DNA from: a virus
Lineage: Duplodnaviria; Caudoviricetes
Direction: 5' to 3' (one strand)
DNA: 33,850 nucleotides
Virus record (IMG/VR): IMGVR_UViG_3300020430_000003
Location: 1 to 33,850 of that record
Shown piece after piece: positions 18,613 through 26,657 of this stretch. Numbering within the stretch: position 1 is the stretch's first letter; the number at the start of each line of letters is the position of its first letter. Under the pieces are notes generated by a model. It did no database searches and was not told the DNA's origin. It saw only the letters and a list, made by a program, of their open reading frames with translations. The translations under genes were made by a program, and so were the position numbers.

Positions 18613-18992
18613 TGGATCTGCCTAAGGTTAACATAGCCGTTGCCGCTAGTGCGGTGGTAGCCATTGTGTCAACCGTGGGCGGTGGTATTTGGTATGCTTC
18701 TCAGCAAGCGTCAGTCATTGAGGGACTTACTGCTCAAGTAGAAAGATTGACTATTGAGAACAACGCGACAGACCGCACCAATCTAATCAGAGATGTTGAG
18801 AACAACAGCGAGAATATTGATGAGATGATTGATATTCTTGCCGAGATTTATGATGAGATGGAAGAGGCCGACAAAGAATTATGGGATGAGGTAGATAATA
18901 TGGTTAACTACTTTACCCAGTTAGTTCAGTTACAATCTCGCGTAGCAATTCTTGAAAAGACAGTAGAGTTTACCCGGCGTGATGGGATGTAG
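18612..18992 (+). CDS. Membrane-anchored coiled-coil protein
   Basis: N-terminal hydrophobic helix followed by an acidic coiled coil. Confidence 0.65.
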   Translation: MDLPKVNIAVAASAVVAIVSTVGGGIWYASQQASVIEGLTAQVERLTIENNATDRTNLIRDVENNSENIDEMIDILAEIYDEMEEADKELWDEVDNMVNYFTQLVQLQSRVAILEKTVEFTRRDGM

Positions 18993-18994
18993 AT

Positions 18995-19450
18995 ATGGAA
19001 GTATTTACGATTCTCGCGGGAATTAAGTCAGGATTGGCAGCTGGCAAAACGATAGCTAGTTTATCAAAAGAGATTGGCAACTTCTTTGATGCTACAGACC
19101 AAGCCAAAAAAAAATTACAGAAAAAAGGTATCAGTAGTTCAGACGTAAACTCTGTCGCTATGGACAGATGGGCCAAAGAGCAAGAGGCCGCACAAGCTGA
19201 AGAAGAACTGCGCGAATGGGTGTGTAACAATCTTGGCAAAAGCAAATGGGACCAGCTTCTACGCATAAGAAAAGAAGTATTGCAAGAAAAGCGTGAGATG
19301 GAAGCTAGGCTACGGCGTGAGGCAATAGAACGGCAAGAGCTTATGATAACTGTAGCCGGGATTGTCGTGCTTCTTGTGTTCGCACTGGTAGGCAGTACGG
19401 CTTACCTCCACTATCTTGGGTGGATCGACGTACGGGATTATTTCAGATGA
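18995..19450 (+). CDS. Hypothetical membrane protein
   Basis: 151 aa, coiled coil plus C-terminal TM helix. Confidence 0.7.
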   Translation: MEVFTILAGIKSGLAAGKTIASLSKEIGNFFDATDQAKKKLQKKGISSSDVNSVAMDRWAKEQEAAQAEEELREWVCNNLGKSKWDQLLRIRKEVLQEKREMEARLRREAIERQELMITVAGIVVLLVFALVGSTAYLHYLGWIDVRDYFR

Positions 19451-19620
19451 TCTACGTTTTGGTTTGGTTTCACTTTGTTCGCACTGATCACCTTCAGTAT
19501 TACCAATTTGAGAATTTTCCCTCGTTGGAACAGTGTGAGCAACAGCGTGAAAAAGCAGTCAAGTTAGTAACCAGTACAAACATGCTTTTGGAGTGCATTA
19601 AAGTGGATGCTTCTAGTTGA
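19447..19620 (+). CDS. Small hypothetical protein
   Basis: MIYVLVW...F.SLEQCE...LECIKV; ATGA overlap with the upstream stop. Confidence 0.6.
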   Translation: MIYVLVWFHFVRTDHLQYYQFENFPSLEQCEQQREKAVKLVTSTNMLLECIKVDASS

Positions 19621-19729
19621 GGTTAAGAGAAATAGATGGGTGATTTACAAAAACGGAAAGGTGGTCATTCAGACCACGGACAAACGAGTAGCAGATAGGA
19701 TTATGGAAAATGGCTCACACAGTAATTGA
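19607..19729 (+). CDS. Small hypothetical protein (not in ORF track)
   Basis: 40 aa MLLVEVKRNRWVIYKNGKVVIQTTDKRVADRIMENGSHSN; fills the gap between neighbours. Confidence 0.45.
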   Translation: MLLVEVKRNRWVIYKNGKVVIQTTDKRVADRIMENGSHSN

Positions 19730-19910
19730 TGATTGGAAAATAGTACCCCGGCTGATGATGTTGGCGGTCACGGTTTTAACTTACCAGTCTGTGCATTGGT
19801 ACATGGGGCTTGAGGAACCTACCAATGGGCAAGCTGGACTAGTGTCTGTGTGCATGGGCGCACTCACTGGTTGCTTTGGTATCTGGATGAACAAGGAAGC
19901 AAGCAAATGA
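19710..19910 (+). CDS. Small two-TM membrane protein, possible holin/antiholin
   Basis: 66 aa, two hydrophobic segments, near endolysin. Confidence 0.55.
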   Translation: MAHTVIDDWKIVPRLMMLAVTVLTYQSVHWYMGLEEPTNGQAGLVSVCMGALTGCFGIWMNKEASK

Positions 19911-20248
19911 TTGGAATTATAAACAGCCTAAGTGGCCTAGCCAAAAGTTATATTGATGCAAAGACAGCAGTTAAAATTACAGAGGCAGAGATTAAAAAGA
20001 AACAGCTTACCGGGGAAATTGATTGGGAACAATCTGCGATTGAGGCTAGCAAGGATAGCTGGAAGGATGAACTTTGGACACTTGTGTTTGTTGTTATCCT
20101 TATTGCTAATTTTATTCCTTCTCTACAAGAAACTATGGCACGAGGATTTGCCAACCTTGAGACTACCCCCCTCTGGGTTCAATGGGGGATGTATGCGTCC
20201 ATTGCCGCCTCGTTTGGAATAAGAACAATGAAAGGCTTTGGAAAATGA
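19907..20248 (+). CDS. Putative holin
   Basis: SWKDE.W motif plus two TM helices and a basic C-terminus, directly upstream of endolysin; ATG 19907. Confidence 0.6.
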   Translation: MIGIINSLSGLAKSYIDAKTAVKITEAEIKKKQLTGEIDWEQSAIEASKDSWKDELWTLVFVVILIANFIPSLQETMARGFANLETTPLWVQWGMYASIAASFGIRTMKGFGK

Positions 20249-20763
20249 AACAGAACTTTGATGAATCACTAAAGATGTTGTTGCACCACGAAGGCGGATA
20301 CGTCTGGGATAAACGCGATCCCGGGGGCGAGACTATGAAGGGTGTAACCCGTGCAGTTTATGAGCAATGGGTTGGGCGTCAAGTCATGGATGGCGAGATG
20401 AAAACCTTAACCGATGAGGACGTAGCTCCGATCTACAAAAAAAATTATTGGGATAGAATAAGAGGTGATGATTTACCTTCAGGGCTAGACTTCGCAGCGT
20501 TTGACTGGGCGGTAAACTCTGGCACAGGTAGGCCAGCCAAGGTCATACAGAAGTATATTTCAGCTAAACAAGATGGGGCAATCGGTCCCAAGACACTTGC
20601 CCTTGTTGCAGAGAACGACCCCGCAAATATTATTCAGTACTTATACGAACAGCGTCAGAAGTTTTACGAGCGGCTACCGCACTTTGATAGGTTTGGCAAA
20701 GGCTGGACTAGACGCAATCAAGAAACTCTCAAAGCAGCAATGGAGATGGCTAATGGAGCGTAA
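20245..20763 (+). CDS. Endolysin, glycoside hydrolase family 108 with peptidoglycan-binding domain
   Basis: HEGGY...DPGGET.KGVT, FDWAVNSG, DG.IGPKTL, FGKGW.RR. Confidence 0.9.
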   Translation: MKQNFDESLKMLLHHEGGYVWDKRDPGGETMKGVTRAVYEQWVGRQVMDGEMKTLTDEDVAPIYKKNYWDRIRGDDLPSGLDFAAFDWAVNSGTGRPAKVIQKYISAKQDGAIGPKTLALVAENDPANIIQYLYEQRQKFYERLPHFDRFGKGWTRRNQETLKAAMEMANGA

Positions 20764-20938
20764 GTTTAAAAAGGTAGCCAAGGATAAAAAGTCTGGCTTG
20801 CCAAAGAAGTACGTCAAGGGATCTAGCAACCCGGACAAAACTAGAAATGAAATCAAACGCACTCGACGTTTGTATCTCATGGGCAAGCTGACCCCTGCAA
20901 TGATGGATAGAATATCTGAACAAAGGAGTAAAACGTAA
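20753..20938 (+). CDS. Small basic hypothetical protein
   Basis: 61 aa MERKFKKVAKDKKSGLPKKYV...; SD GGAG upstream; TAATG coupling to the next gene. Confidence 0.6.
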   Translation: MERKFKKVAKDKKSGLPKKYVKGSSNPDKTRNEIKRTRRLYLMGKLTPAMMDRISEQRSKT

Positions 20939-21138
20939 TGGCTAAGTTTGATGGTATCCCGGGCGCAAGCAAGTTTTCTAAGGATAAACTAAACAAGGTG
21001 TATCGCAGAGGTTTGGGGGCGTACTATTCTCAGGGTAGTAGACCAAAGACTTCGGCCCACCAGTGGGCGATGGGCCGTGTCAAATCTTTTGTCAGTGGTA
21101 AAGGTGGTGCCAGAAAAGCTGACAAAGACCTTCTATAA
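20938..21138 (+). CDS. Small basic protein, DUF5824-like
   Basis: L.KVY.RGLGAY...G.RP....QWA..RV.SF....ADKDL pattern, recalled from marine phage/giant virus proteins. Confidence 0.55.
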   Translation: MAKFDGIPGASKFSKDKLNKVYRRGLGAYYSQGSRPKTSAHQWAMGRVKSFVSGKGGARKADKDLL

Positions 21139-21369
21139 AATACGAATACCTCGGGGTGTGTAGGGCATGATCTCTATCCACCCACGTTTCTGCAAGTTTT
21201 TCAACAAGGCATGAACATTACTTTCCACCCGTTTTTGTAGGACGGTTTGCCCGTCTATCTTTCCTTGAGCTATTTCCCGGGTTGACGGGAACACTCCGTA
21301 GGTATTGTGGTAGGCTCGTAGAAACTCATACACTTCCTTCTGTCGTGCAGTTAATCCTATCTTATCCAT
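21133..21369 (-). CDS. Stand-alone LexA-type winged-helix DNA-binding protein
   Basis: LTARQKEVYEFL......G..PSTREIA...VH..L..L..RG.I.....RGIRIL; no peptidase domain. Confidence 0.85.
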   Translation of the reverse strand: MDKIGLTARQKEVYEFLRAYHNTYGVFPSTREIAQGKIDGQTVLQKRVESNVHALLKNLQKRGWIEIMPYTPRGIRIL

Positions 21370-22318
21370 TTTCTTTTTCCTCAATGCTTAAGCCAGCGTT
21401 GTACTGCTTGCGTTTATCTTTTAATTCTTGAACCATATCGTCAGGTAATGTGGCGAAAGTGTCAGTGTTCTCTTGTTCTAACTCTTTCATTTTGGTACGA
21501 CGAACTGCCGGAGTAAGACTTGAAGCCCTACGAACTGCCAACAACAAATCGTTATAGGCATCCATATAATCGAGTGGTTGCTGATACGTCGTTGGTTCTT
21601 TGTTCGGAACGTAGAGTTTAAAATCCTCTGCAACGATAGCTTCCGTTTTCTCTGGCACGATATTTTCAAGATACTTATCAAACTGTGATACGGGTTCCGC
21701 TTGCACAACTTCAGCTTCCTCGACCTGTGGTTCAGTCAAAGCCTCAAGCGTCGGCGCAGCCACAGCTTCTTGTGTCGGTGTTACATCCTTCGGCTCATCA
21801 TAGTCCTGTGCCTCTTCAGCAGAGATAAGACCGTGTATGACGTCAGGGAAAGCATCACGGATCGCGTTGCCCCTCGCCCGGTGTTGTAACATCCTCTCCG
21901 GGTAAGCCTTCCAAGTAGGTCTGTTGGATAGCCCAGCTTGCTGTGCTTGTTTCATTGAGAACGTTCTTTTAATTTCCTCAACGCTACCGTCAGAGTGTTT
22001 GCGTTTGATGATACAAGTGGCGACCCCGCCCTCTTGTGTTTCTTGTACGCCCAGACAACGACTGTCAGCACGTACCATTGCAAGTAAACTATCACCGTAC
22101 ATACTGGGCTTGCCGTTAATAACAGCGATAGACTGAAGTGCCTGAAGCGGTGCTAGACCACACTCCAAACCCCACTGTATTGCGACAAAACAATTAGCGG
22201 GTTTGCCTTGATAATCTTTTGGAACTAAAATTGATTTGCTTAATTTCTCCGCAAACTTTTCCATTTCTTCTATGGTTGTCGGCACAAGGCTTTGCCGGGT
22301 TGTAACGATATTATTCAT
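21362..22318 (-). CDS. RecT-like single-strand annealing protein
   Basis: S.LVPKDYQGKPAN..VAIQWG.E.GL.PLQALQ.IAVINGKPS..GD and W..YP.RML..RA; paired with exonuclease; start ATG 22318. Confidence 0.8.
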   Translation of the reverse strand: MNNIVTTRQSLVPTTIEEMEKFAEKLSKSILVPKDYQGKPANCFVAIQWGLECGLAPLQALQSIAVINGKPSMYGDSLLAMVRADSRCLGVQETQEGGVATCIIKRKHSDGSVEEIKRTFSMKQAQQAGLSNRPTWKAYPERMLQHRARGNAIRDAFPDVIHGLISAEEAQDYDEPKDVTPTQEAVAAPTLEALTEPQVEEAEVVQAEPVSQFDKYLENIVPEKTEAIVAEDFKLYVPNKEPTTYQQPLDYMDAYNDLLLAVRRASSLTPAVRRTKMKELEQENTDTFATLPDDMVQELKDKRKQYNAGLSIEEKENG

Positions 22319-23237
22319 TGCTCGTTTCCTTAATAGTAAATGACAAGGCTTCGTAAAACTCACCAGTGCCAATTGATTGTTTCTTTTCTTTGGTTTGAGA
22401 AGCGGCCTTAATCTGATAGCCCGGGATGGTAGCGTACTCCACGCCAAGTCCATCCAAGGTCAGGGTAATGCCAAGCTTAATTTCTTCTTTGAGCTTCTTC
22501 CAATGACGTTCCTCACCCGCAGCCCTGTGATAGTCCGCACAGAGTTGTTGCAGATCCTGATTAGATTCGGTGAGCTTCTCACTTATATCTACGTACTCAG
22601 GCTTCTCTTCTTCTGCCACAGGTGGGTACTCACCGTCAGACTTAACAAGTTCCCAGAACTCAGCGTAAGCGTTGACCATTTTTTCCACTAGCTGCTTATT
22701 CCACATGACCGGGTACAGATGCAGACGTCCCTTCTGGCACATACAAGCAATGATTGCCCAATTCATTTCAGCACAGAACATCTGATGCATGACCTGAACA
22801 ACCCACTCAGGTTTAGGTTTGTCGTGATGATAGAAGTCAGTCTTTATCTCAACGATACCTTGCCCGTGTAGCGTCAGTGTATCACCGTCTGGCTTGGGTA
22901 AAGTCAAAGGCTCACTCAGTTCGATGATCCTATCTATGCTTGACGCAACACCCAAACCTTCCTTGCGATAGGCTTCAGTAGGCTCAAACATAATAGCATC
23001 ACCGTTTGACAAGCGTTCGATTTCTTCATTGGCCCACGCCGCAACCCCAGCTTCAAGGTGTGTCCCACGACGTAGCGCACGTTGATTGCGTACTTCGTCA
23101 ATGGCTTCCACCCCTGCTCGGGCGAGCTTGTGTTTCTGTAAAACCTCATGCCGTGATTGGAAGCTAGTCTTATGTAAAACAATCGCACCAGCTTCGCTGC
23201 TACCTATTTCGTAGCCAGTTTTAGTAAGTTTTGGCAT
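22311..23237 (-). CDS. YqaJ/lambda-exonuclease family nuclease
   Basis: IGSSEA, RG..LE, ASSIDR, VEIKT and QV.HQM motifs; start ATG 23237. Confidence 0.85.
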   Translation of the reverse strand: MPKLTKTGYEIGSSEAGAIVLHKTSFQSRHEVLQKHKLARAGVEAIDEVRNQRALRRGTHLEAGVAAWANEEIERLSNGDAIMFEPTEAYRKEGLGVASSIDRIIELSEPLTLPKPDGDTLTLHGQGIVEIKTDFYHHDKPKPEWVVQVMHQMFCAEMNWAIIACMCQKGRLHLYPVMWNKQLVEKMVNAYAEFWELVKSDGEYPPVAEEEKPEYVDISEKLTESNQDLQQLCADYHRAAGEERHWKKLKEEIKLGITLTLDGLGVEYATIPGYQIKAASQTKEKKQSIGTGEFYEALSFTIKETSNE

Positions 23238-23239
23238 AA

Positions 23240-23467
23240 TTAGTACCCCTGCGCTGCTGCACAAGTGTCACTGATCGCGCACCCAAATACTAAAAAACAG
23301 TACAGACTGAACAGAAAGCCCAGAAAGAACAGTGTAGCCAGTGTTTCTTCGAAGTACAGTTTAAGCTTCTTATTCTCTAGTACAGTAGTGACAGGGGATA
23401 CTAGGATAGTATATATTATGAGAATCCACGATATAGGTTTCACGTTAAGTTTTTGTTTACTAAACAT
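23240..23467 (-). CDS. Small hypothetical membrane protein
   Basis: 75 aa, two hydrophobic stretches, SD AAGGAG. Confidence 0.55.
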   Translation of the reverse strand: MFSKQKLNVKPISWILIIYTILVSPVTTVLENKKLKLYFEETLATLFFLGFLFSLYCFLVFGCAISDTCAAAQGY

Positions 23468-23522
23468 TATTGCTCCTTGTTTGTTTTGTGCAATACCAAG
23501 ACCACTTGTGATAGAGACCGGA

Positions 23523-23936
23523 CTACCCTTTTAAGTTTTGCCGTCTTTCCCAAATGGGTTGATACTGCTCTTGGTTTAAGTCGTCACGCGCTAGTAGTTC
23601 GGCGTGACCATTATGATTAACTAGACCTTGGTCTGTGTACTCTAACATTTCTGCACCACGTTCGCGGGGATCTTTGGGCAGCATACTGGCGAATCGTTTA
23701 TTGGTAAAACTAATCGCTGTTTGGGCATACATACATTTATCGGCATTACGAAACGAATTGTTACCTCTTATTTTTTCAAGTTCTTCTACGAGGCTAGTGA
23801 ATAGTTCTATGCTCTTATTTAAATGATCTATGTGCCACATCTGCACATCTATGCGACGTTTAAAACGCATTTGACCTGTTCTCATATAATCGACTGTCAG
23901 GTTTTTCTTTCGTTTGTTCTGGTTTCGTTTAGTCAT
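23523..23936 (-). CDS. Hypothetical protein
   Basis: 137 aa ORF in the leftward operon; start uncertain (23936 or 23948). Confidence 0.65.
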   Translation of the reverse strand: MTKRNQNKRKKNLTVDYMRTGQMRFKRRIDVQMWHIDHLNKSIELFTSLVEELEKIRGNNSFRNADKCMYAQTAISFTNKRFASMLPKDPRERGAEMLEYTDQGLVNHNGHAELLARDDLNQEQYQPIWERRQNLKG

Positions 23937-23992
23937 TGTACTTCTCATGTTCGCAACATTATCACCAAATTTTCTAGTTTCAAGATGTTATT

Positions 23993-24778
23993 TTATTTTT
24001 TACCTCCTTTCATTCTTAATACGTAGTTACGCACACTTGTTGGATACCACTCTGTTTTTCTAGCTAGATCCGGGTTGCGTCGTTTAGCGGGTGTAGGAAT
24101 ACCCATTTTGTTAAGCTCACGGGCTATGCCACGGTAGCTGATCTGCTGCTCTAGCAAACGTTCTATGATGGGCCATACGTCCCCTGCCCGGGCGTCTGCT
24201 TTAGCTTTGTTTACCTCTGAGCCTTTCTTTGAGGCTTCAGGTTGCTTGTCGTGTATACCAAGCTTGGTTATCTTTTTACCCGCTTTGGTAATGTGGAAGC
24301 CCTTCTCTTTGATCTCCGCTTGGATACGGTCTAAGGCTTCTTTGGTACGTTCACGGATCTTACGGCGTTCGTGCTGTGCCATCATAGCTCTCATGCTCAA
24401 GGTCATAGGGTCTGTAATGGTTGGGTCGTCAACAATGACAAGCTTCATCTTGCCTGTGCTAACTTCCTGATCAAAGAAACGGAGTGTCTCCCACATCGAA
24501 CGGCTCAAGCGGTCTAGCGAATAGATCACCATTGTTGCATTGTTTTTGCGGCAATACTCAAAGCAGTTGTGTAGCTCGTGACGTAAATGCCAGTCAGTGC
24601 CAGAGCTTACGCCCTCCTCACGGAACCACTTTACTTTATGGTCACCACCATTGAGGTAGGCTTTGATAGCCGACTCTTGGTTCTTTACATCCTGATCATC
24701 AGTACTGACCCGCACGTAAGCAGCATAGTTGCCTGTGTGCGGCGTACCGTGGTCAGGTCTGGTTTGGTAAAGTGTCAT
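23993..24778 (-). CDS. Serine recombinase (resolvase catalytic domain plus recombinase-type DNA-binding motif)
   Basis: YVRVSTDDQ (catalytic Ser), EEGVSSG, LDRLSRS, AQHERRKIRERTKEAL; C-terminal SYRGIARELNKMGIPT...W.PTSVRN. Confidence 0.92.
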   Translation of the reverse strand: MTLYQTRPDHGTPHTGNYAAYVRVSTDDQDVKNQESAIKAYLNGGDHKVKWFREEGVSSGTDWHLRHELHNCFEYCRKNNATMVIYSLDRLSRSMWETLRFFDQEVSTGKMKLVIVDDPTITDPMTLSMRAMMAQHERRKIRERTKEALDRIQAEIKEKGFHITKAGKKITKLGIHDKQPEASKKGSEVNKAKADARAGDVWPIIERLLEQQISYRGIARELNKMGIPTPAKRRNPDLARKTEWYPTSVRNYVLRMKGGKK

Positions 24779-24810
24779 TGTATCCCCTTCAATATATATT
24801 ATGCGAATGA

Positions 24811-24969
24811 TTAGCTTTTATGAGGTAAAGGTGTTGTTTTAAGCTCATAAAGTATTGCTCTTAACTCTGACGTAAGAGATGGATTAAAGCGTGTTTCCCC
24901 AGCAGCTTCATTTATTCGTGTAATTTCTTCACTTATTTCTGTAAGTAATGACTGAAGTTCCGTATTCAT
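24811..24969 (-). CDS. Small hypothetical protein, first gene of the leftward operon (not in ORF track)
   Basis: 52 aa MNTELQSLLTEISEEITRINEAAGETRFNPSLTSELRAILYELKTTPLPHKS; SD AGGAG. Confidence 0.6.
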   Translation of the reverse strand: MNTELQSLLTEISEEITRINEAAGETRFNPSLTSELRAILYELKTTPLPHKS

Positions 24970-25003
24970 AATTCGCTCCTATAACGTTCCTATTTCATTC
25001 CTG

Positions 25004-25066
25004 TTTACAATAGATAGCAACGTGATAGCATTTGTGCAAGACCCAGACGTAACTTTTTTTTGCACA
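25004..25066. promoter_or_regulatory. Divergent promoter/operator region
   Basis: Plus strand TTTACA-16-TAGCAT; minus strand TTGCAC-17-TATCTA; GATAGCA direct repeat at 25013 and 25024; TGTGCAA/TTGCACA inverted repeat at 25033/25060. Confidence 0.55.
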
Positions 25067-25076
25067 GGTAAATTTT

Positions 25077-25259
25077 ATGAAGACAGAAGTTATATATTTA
25101 AGGCTCAATCCACGCATAAAAGAAGCTGTTAATCTTAAAGCTTTGGATGAAGGAAAGTCTGTAAACCTATATTTACAAGACCTTATTTGTAAAGAGCTAG
25201 ACATAGAAGTTGAGCAAGAACTAAAGCTTGTTCGTCGCGCAGCGGGGCAAGTTGCGTGA
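25077..25259 (+). CDS. Ribbon-helix-helix (Arc/HicB-C-like) regulator
   Basis: IYLRLNPRIKEAV...A..EGKSVN.Y...LI matches the RHH pattern; first gene after the divergent region. Confidence 0.75.
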   Translation: MKTEVIYLRLNPRIKEAVNLKALDEGKSVNLYLQDLICKELDIEVEQELKLVRRAAGQVA

Positions 25260-25648
25260 AGTACAAAGCCAAGAAGGTAGAGCTAGATGGATACAGTTTC
25301 GACTCTATGAGCGAAGCAAAGCACTACTACTACACACTAAAACCACGGCTTGAGGCCGGGGAAATAAAAGACTTGAGGATGCAGCCAGCTTTTCGCTGCG
25401 AGATAAACGGGAGACTCATATGCAAGTACATAGCGGATTTTCAGTACATAGATTTAAACACGACTGGGCCACAGGGTCAGCACGGATGCACCATAATAGA
25501 GGATGTGAAGGGCTTCAAAACGCCAGTCTATCGCCTGAAGAAGAAAATGGTGGAAGCGATACACCTAGGTACAAAGATATTAGAAGTTTCACCGCGAGTG
25601 TATCAGTCAAAAAAGTTCTCGCTGCCATCTCACGCCGTAGTGAAATAG
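25256..25648 (+). CDS. DUF1064-like PD-(D/E)XK endonuclease (putative junction resolvase)
   Basis: KYKAKK..LDG..FDS..EA..Y, L..QP.F, Y.ADF.Y, IEDVKG.KT.VY.LKKK. Confidence 0.85.
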   Translation: MKYKAKKVELDGYSFDSMSEAKHYYYTLKPRLEAGEIKDLRMQPAFRCEINGRLICKYIADFQYIDLNTTGPQGQHGCTIIEDVKGFKTPVYRLKKKMVEAIHLGTKILEVSPRVYQSKKFSLPSHAVVK

Positions 25649-25878
25649 AGATAGACGTACTTATTGGCCCCAAACGCGATAAGATTATCATGCCGTGGCG
25701 ACAACTAGCCTACCTTCTGAGCTACGAACTCACAGGCTGTACGCTCACACAAATCGGTAAGGTCATGAAAAGGGATCACACCACCCTACTCCACGGTATC
25801 AAACAGATCAACAAACTACGTGAGCAAGACCAGTACGTAGAACTAATCTACCGGGAGCTATACCGTGAACTGTCCTGA
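25609..25878 (+). CDS. DnaA C-terminal (domain IV) DNA-binding domain; start unresolved, possibly reached by -1 frameshift
   Basis: R...I...RQLAYLL..ELT..TL.QIG....RDHTTLLHG...I matches DnaA domain IV; the ORF is formally open from 25420, but similarity begins around 25600. Confidence 0.8.
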   Translation, partial: KKVLAAISRRSEIEIDVLIGPKRDKIIMPWRQLAYLLSYELTGCTLTQIGKVMKRDHTTLLHGIKQINKLREQDQYVELIYRELYRELS

Positions 25879-26056
25879 GTGTAGCGGAAGGAATACCGTC
25901 GTGTTGAACAAGTCCAAGCGCAACAATAAGGTGCTACGGCTCTACTCTTGCCCGGCTTGCAAGACACGCTTCCAAACGTCCGAAGTCATACGGATCAAAC
26001 CCGCAGACGAAACAATCAACTTTGAACCCAGAAAAAGCACACGGAAATACAAATAG
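25865..26056 (+). CDS. Zinc-ribbon protein (NrdR-N / Ogr-Delta-like)
   Basis: M.CP.C....T.V.....R.Y.C..C..RF.T.E. Confidence 0.7.
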   Translation: MNCPECSGRNTVVLNKSKRNNKVLRLYSCPACKTRFQTSEVIRIKPADETINFEPRKSTRKYK

Positions 26057-26058
26057 TC

Positions 26059-26508
26059 ATGTCTTCAATGTACAATTTCCAGACGTATAGACCAGTGTAT
26101 GAACGACCACTGGACCGGGACAACGAAGGGCAACTAGCCCAACTCGTAACCCAGAAATGGAAATGCACCATGTCCAAGCTACGGGACAAGTCAGCGTTCG
26201 ACTACGCCGCTATCCGTAATGATGACGTCATGGCGTTCATCGAAATGAAAACACGCAAGAACGAAATGAACAAGTACCCCACCTACATGATTAGCTTTAC
26301 CAAAGTATTCAAAGCCAAGCAGCTTAACCAAGCTCTGCACCTACCCGTATTGCTCATCGTCAAGTGGGCCGACGCCGTGGGCTTTACCTCACTGCACAAC
26401 TGTAAACCATCCATCAAGATAGGTGGTCGCAAAGACCGTAAAGATCCCGCCGACATAGAACCCGTCGCGTTGATCCCTATCAAAGACTTTCAGAGGATCA
26501 CCACATGA
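26059..26508 (+). CDS. PD-(D/E)XK-fold nuclease-like protein
   Basis: E...A, FDY, FIEMKTR motifs. Confidence 0.7.
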   Translation: MSSMYNFQTYRPVYERPLDRDNEGQLAQLVTQKWKCTMSKLRDKSAFDYAAIRNDDVMAFIEMKTRKNEMNKYPTYMISFTKVFKAKQLNQALHLPVLLIVKWADAVGFTSLHNCKPSIKIGGRKDRKDPADIEPVALIPIKDFQRITT

Positions 26509-26657
26509 CCAAGACAATCCCCTGCCCTCACTGCGACGGCGAAGGTCAATACTATACAGAAGTAGCAGTCGTGGACTACCAGCACGGCGGGTTCCTAGAT
26601 GAAGTCATAGTTGAGTGTGAGGAGTGCGACGGTTACGGGGAAATAGAACAAGACTAA
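26505..26657 (+). CDS. Small DnaJ-type zinc-finger protein (not in ORF track)
   Basis: 50 aa with CPHCDGEG and CEECDGYG; ATGA and TAATG couplings at both ends. Confidence 0.75.
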   Translation: MTKTIPCPHCDGEGQYYTEVAVVDYQHGGFLDEVIVECEECDGYGEIEQD

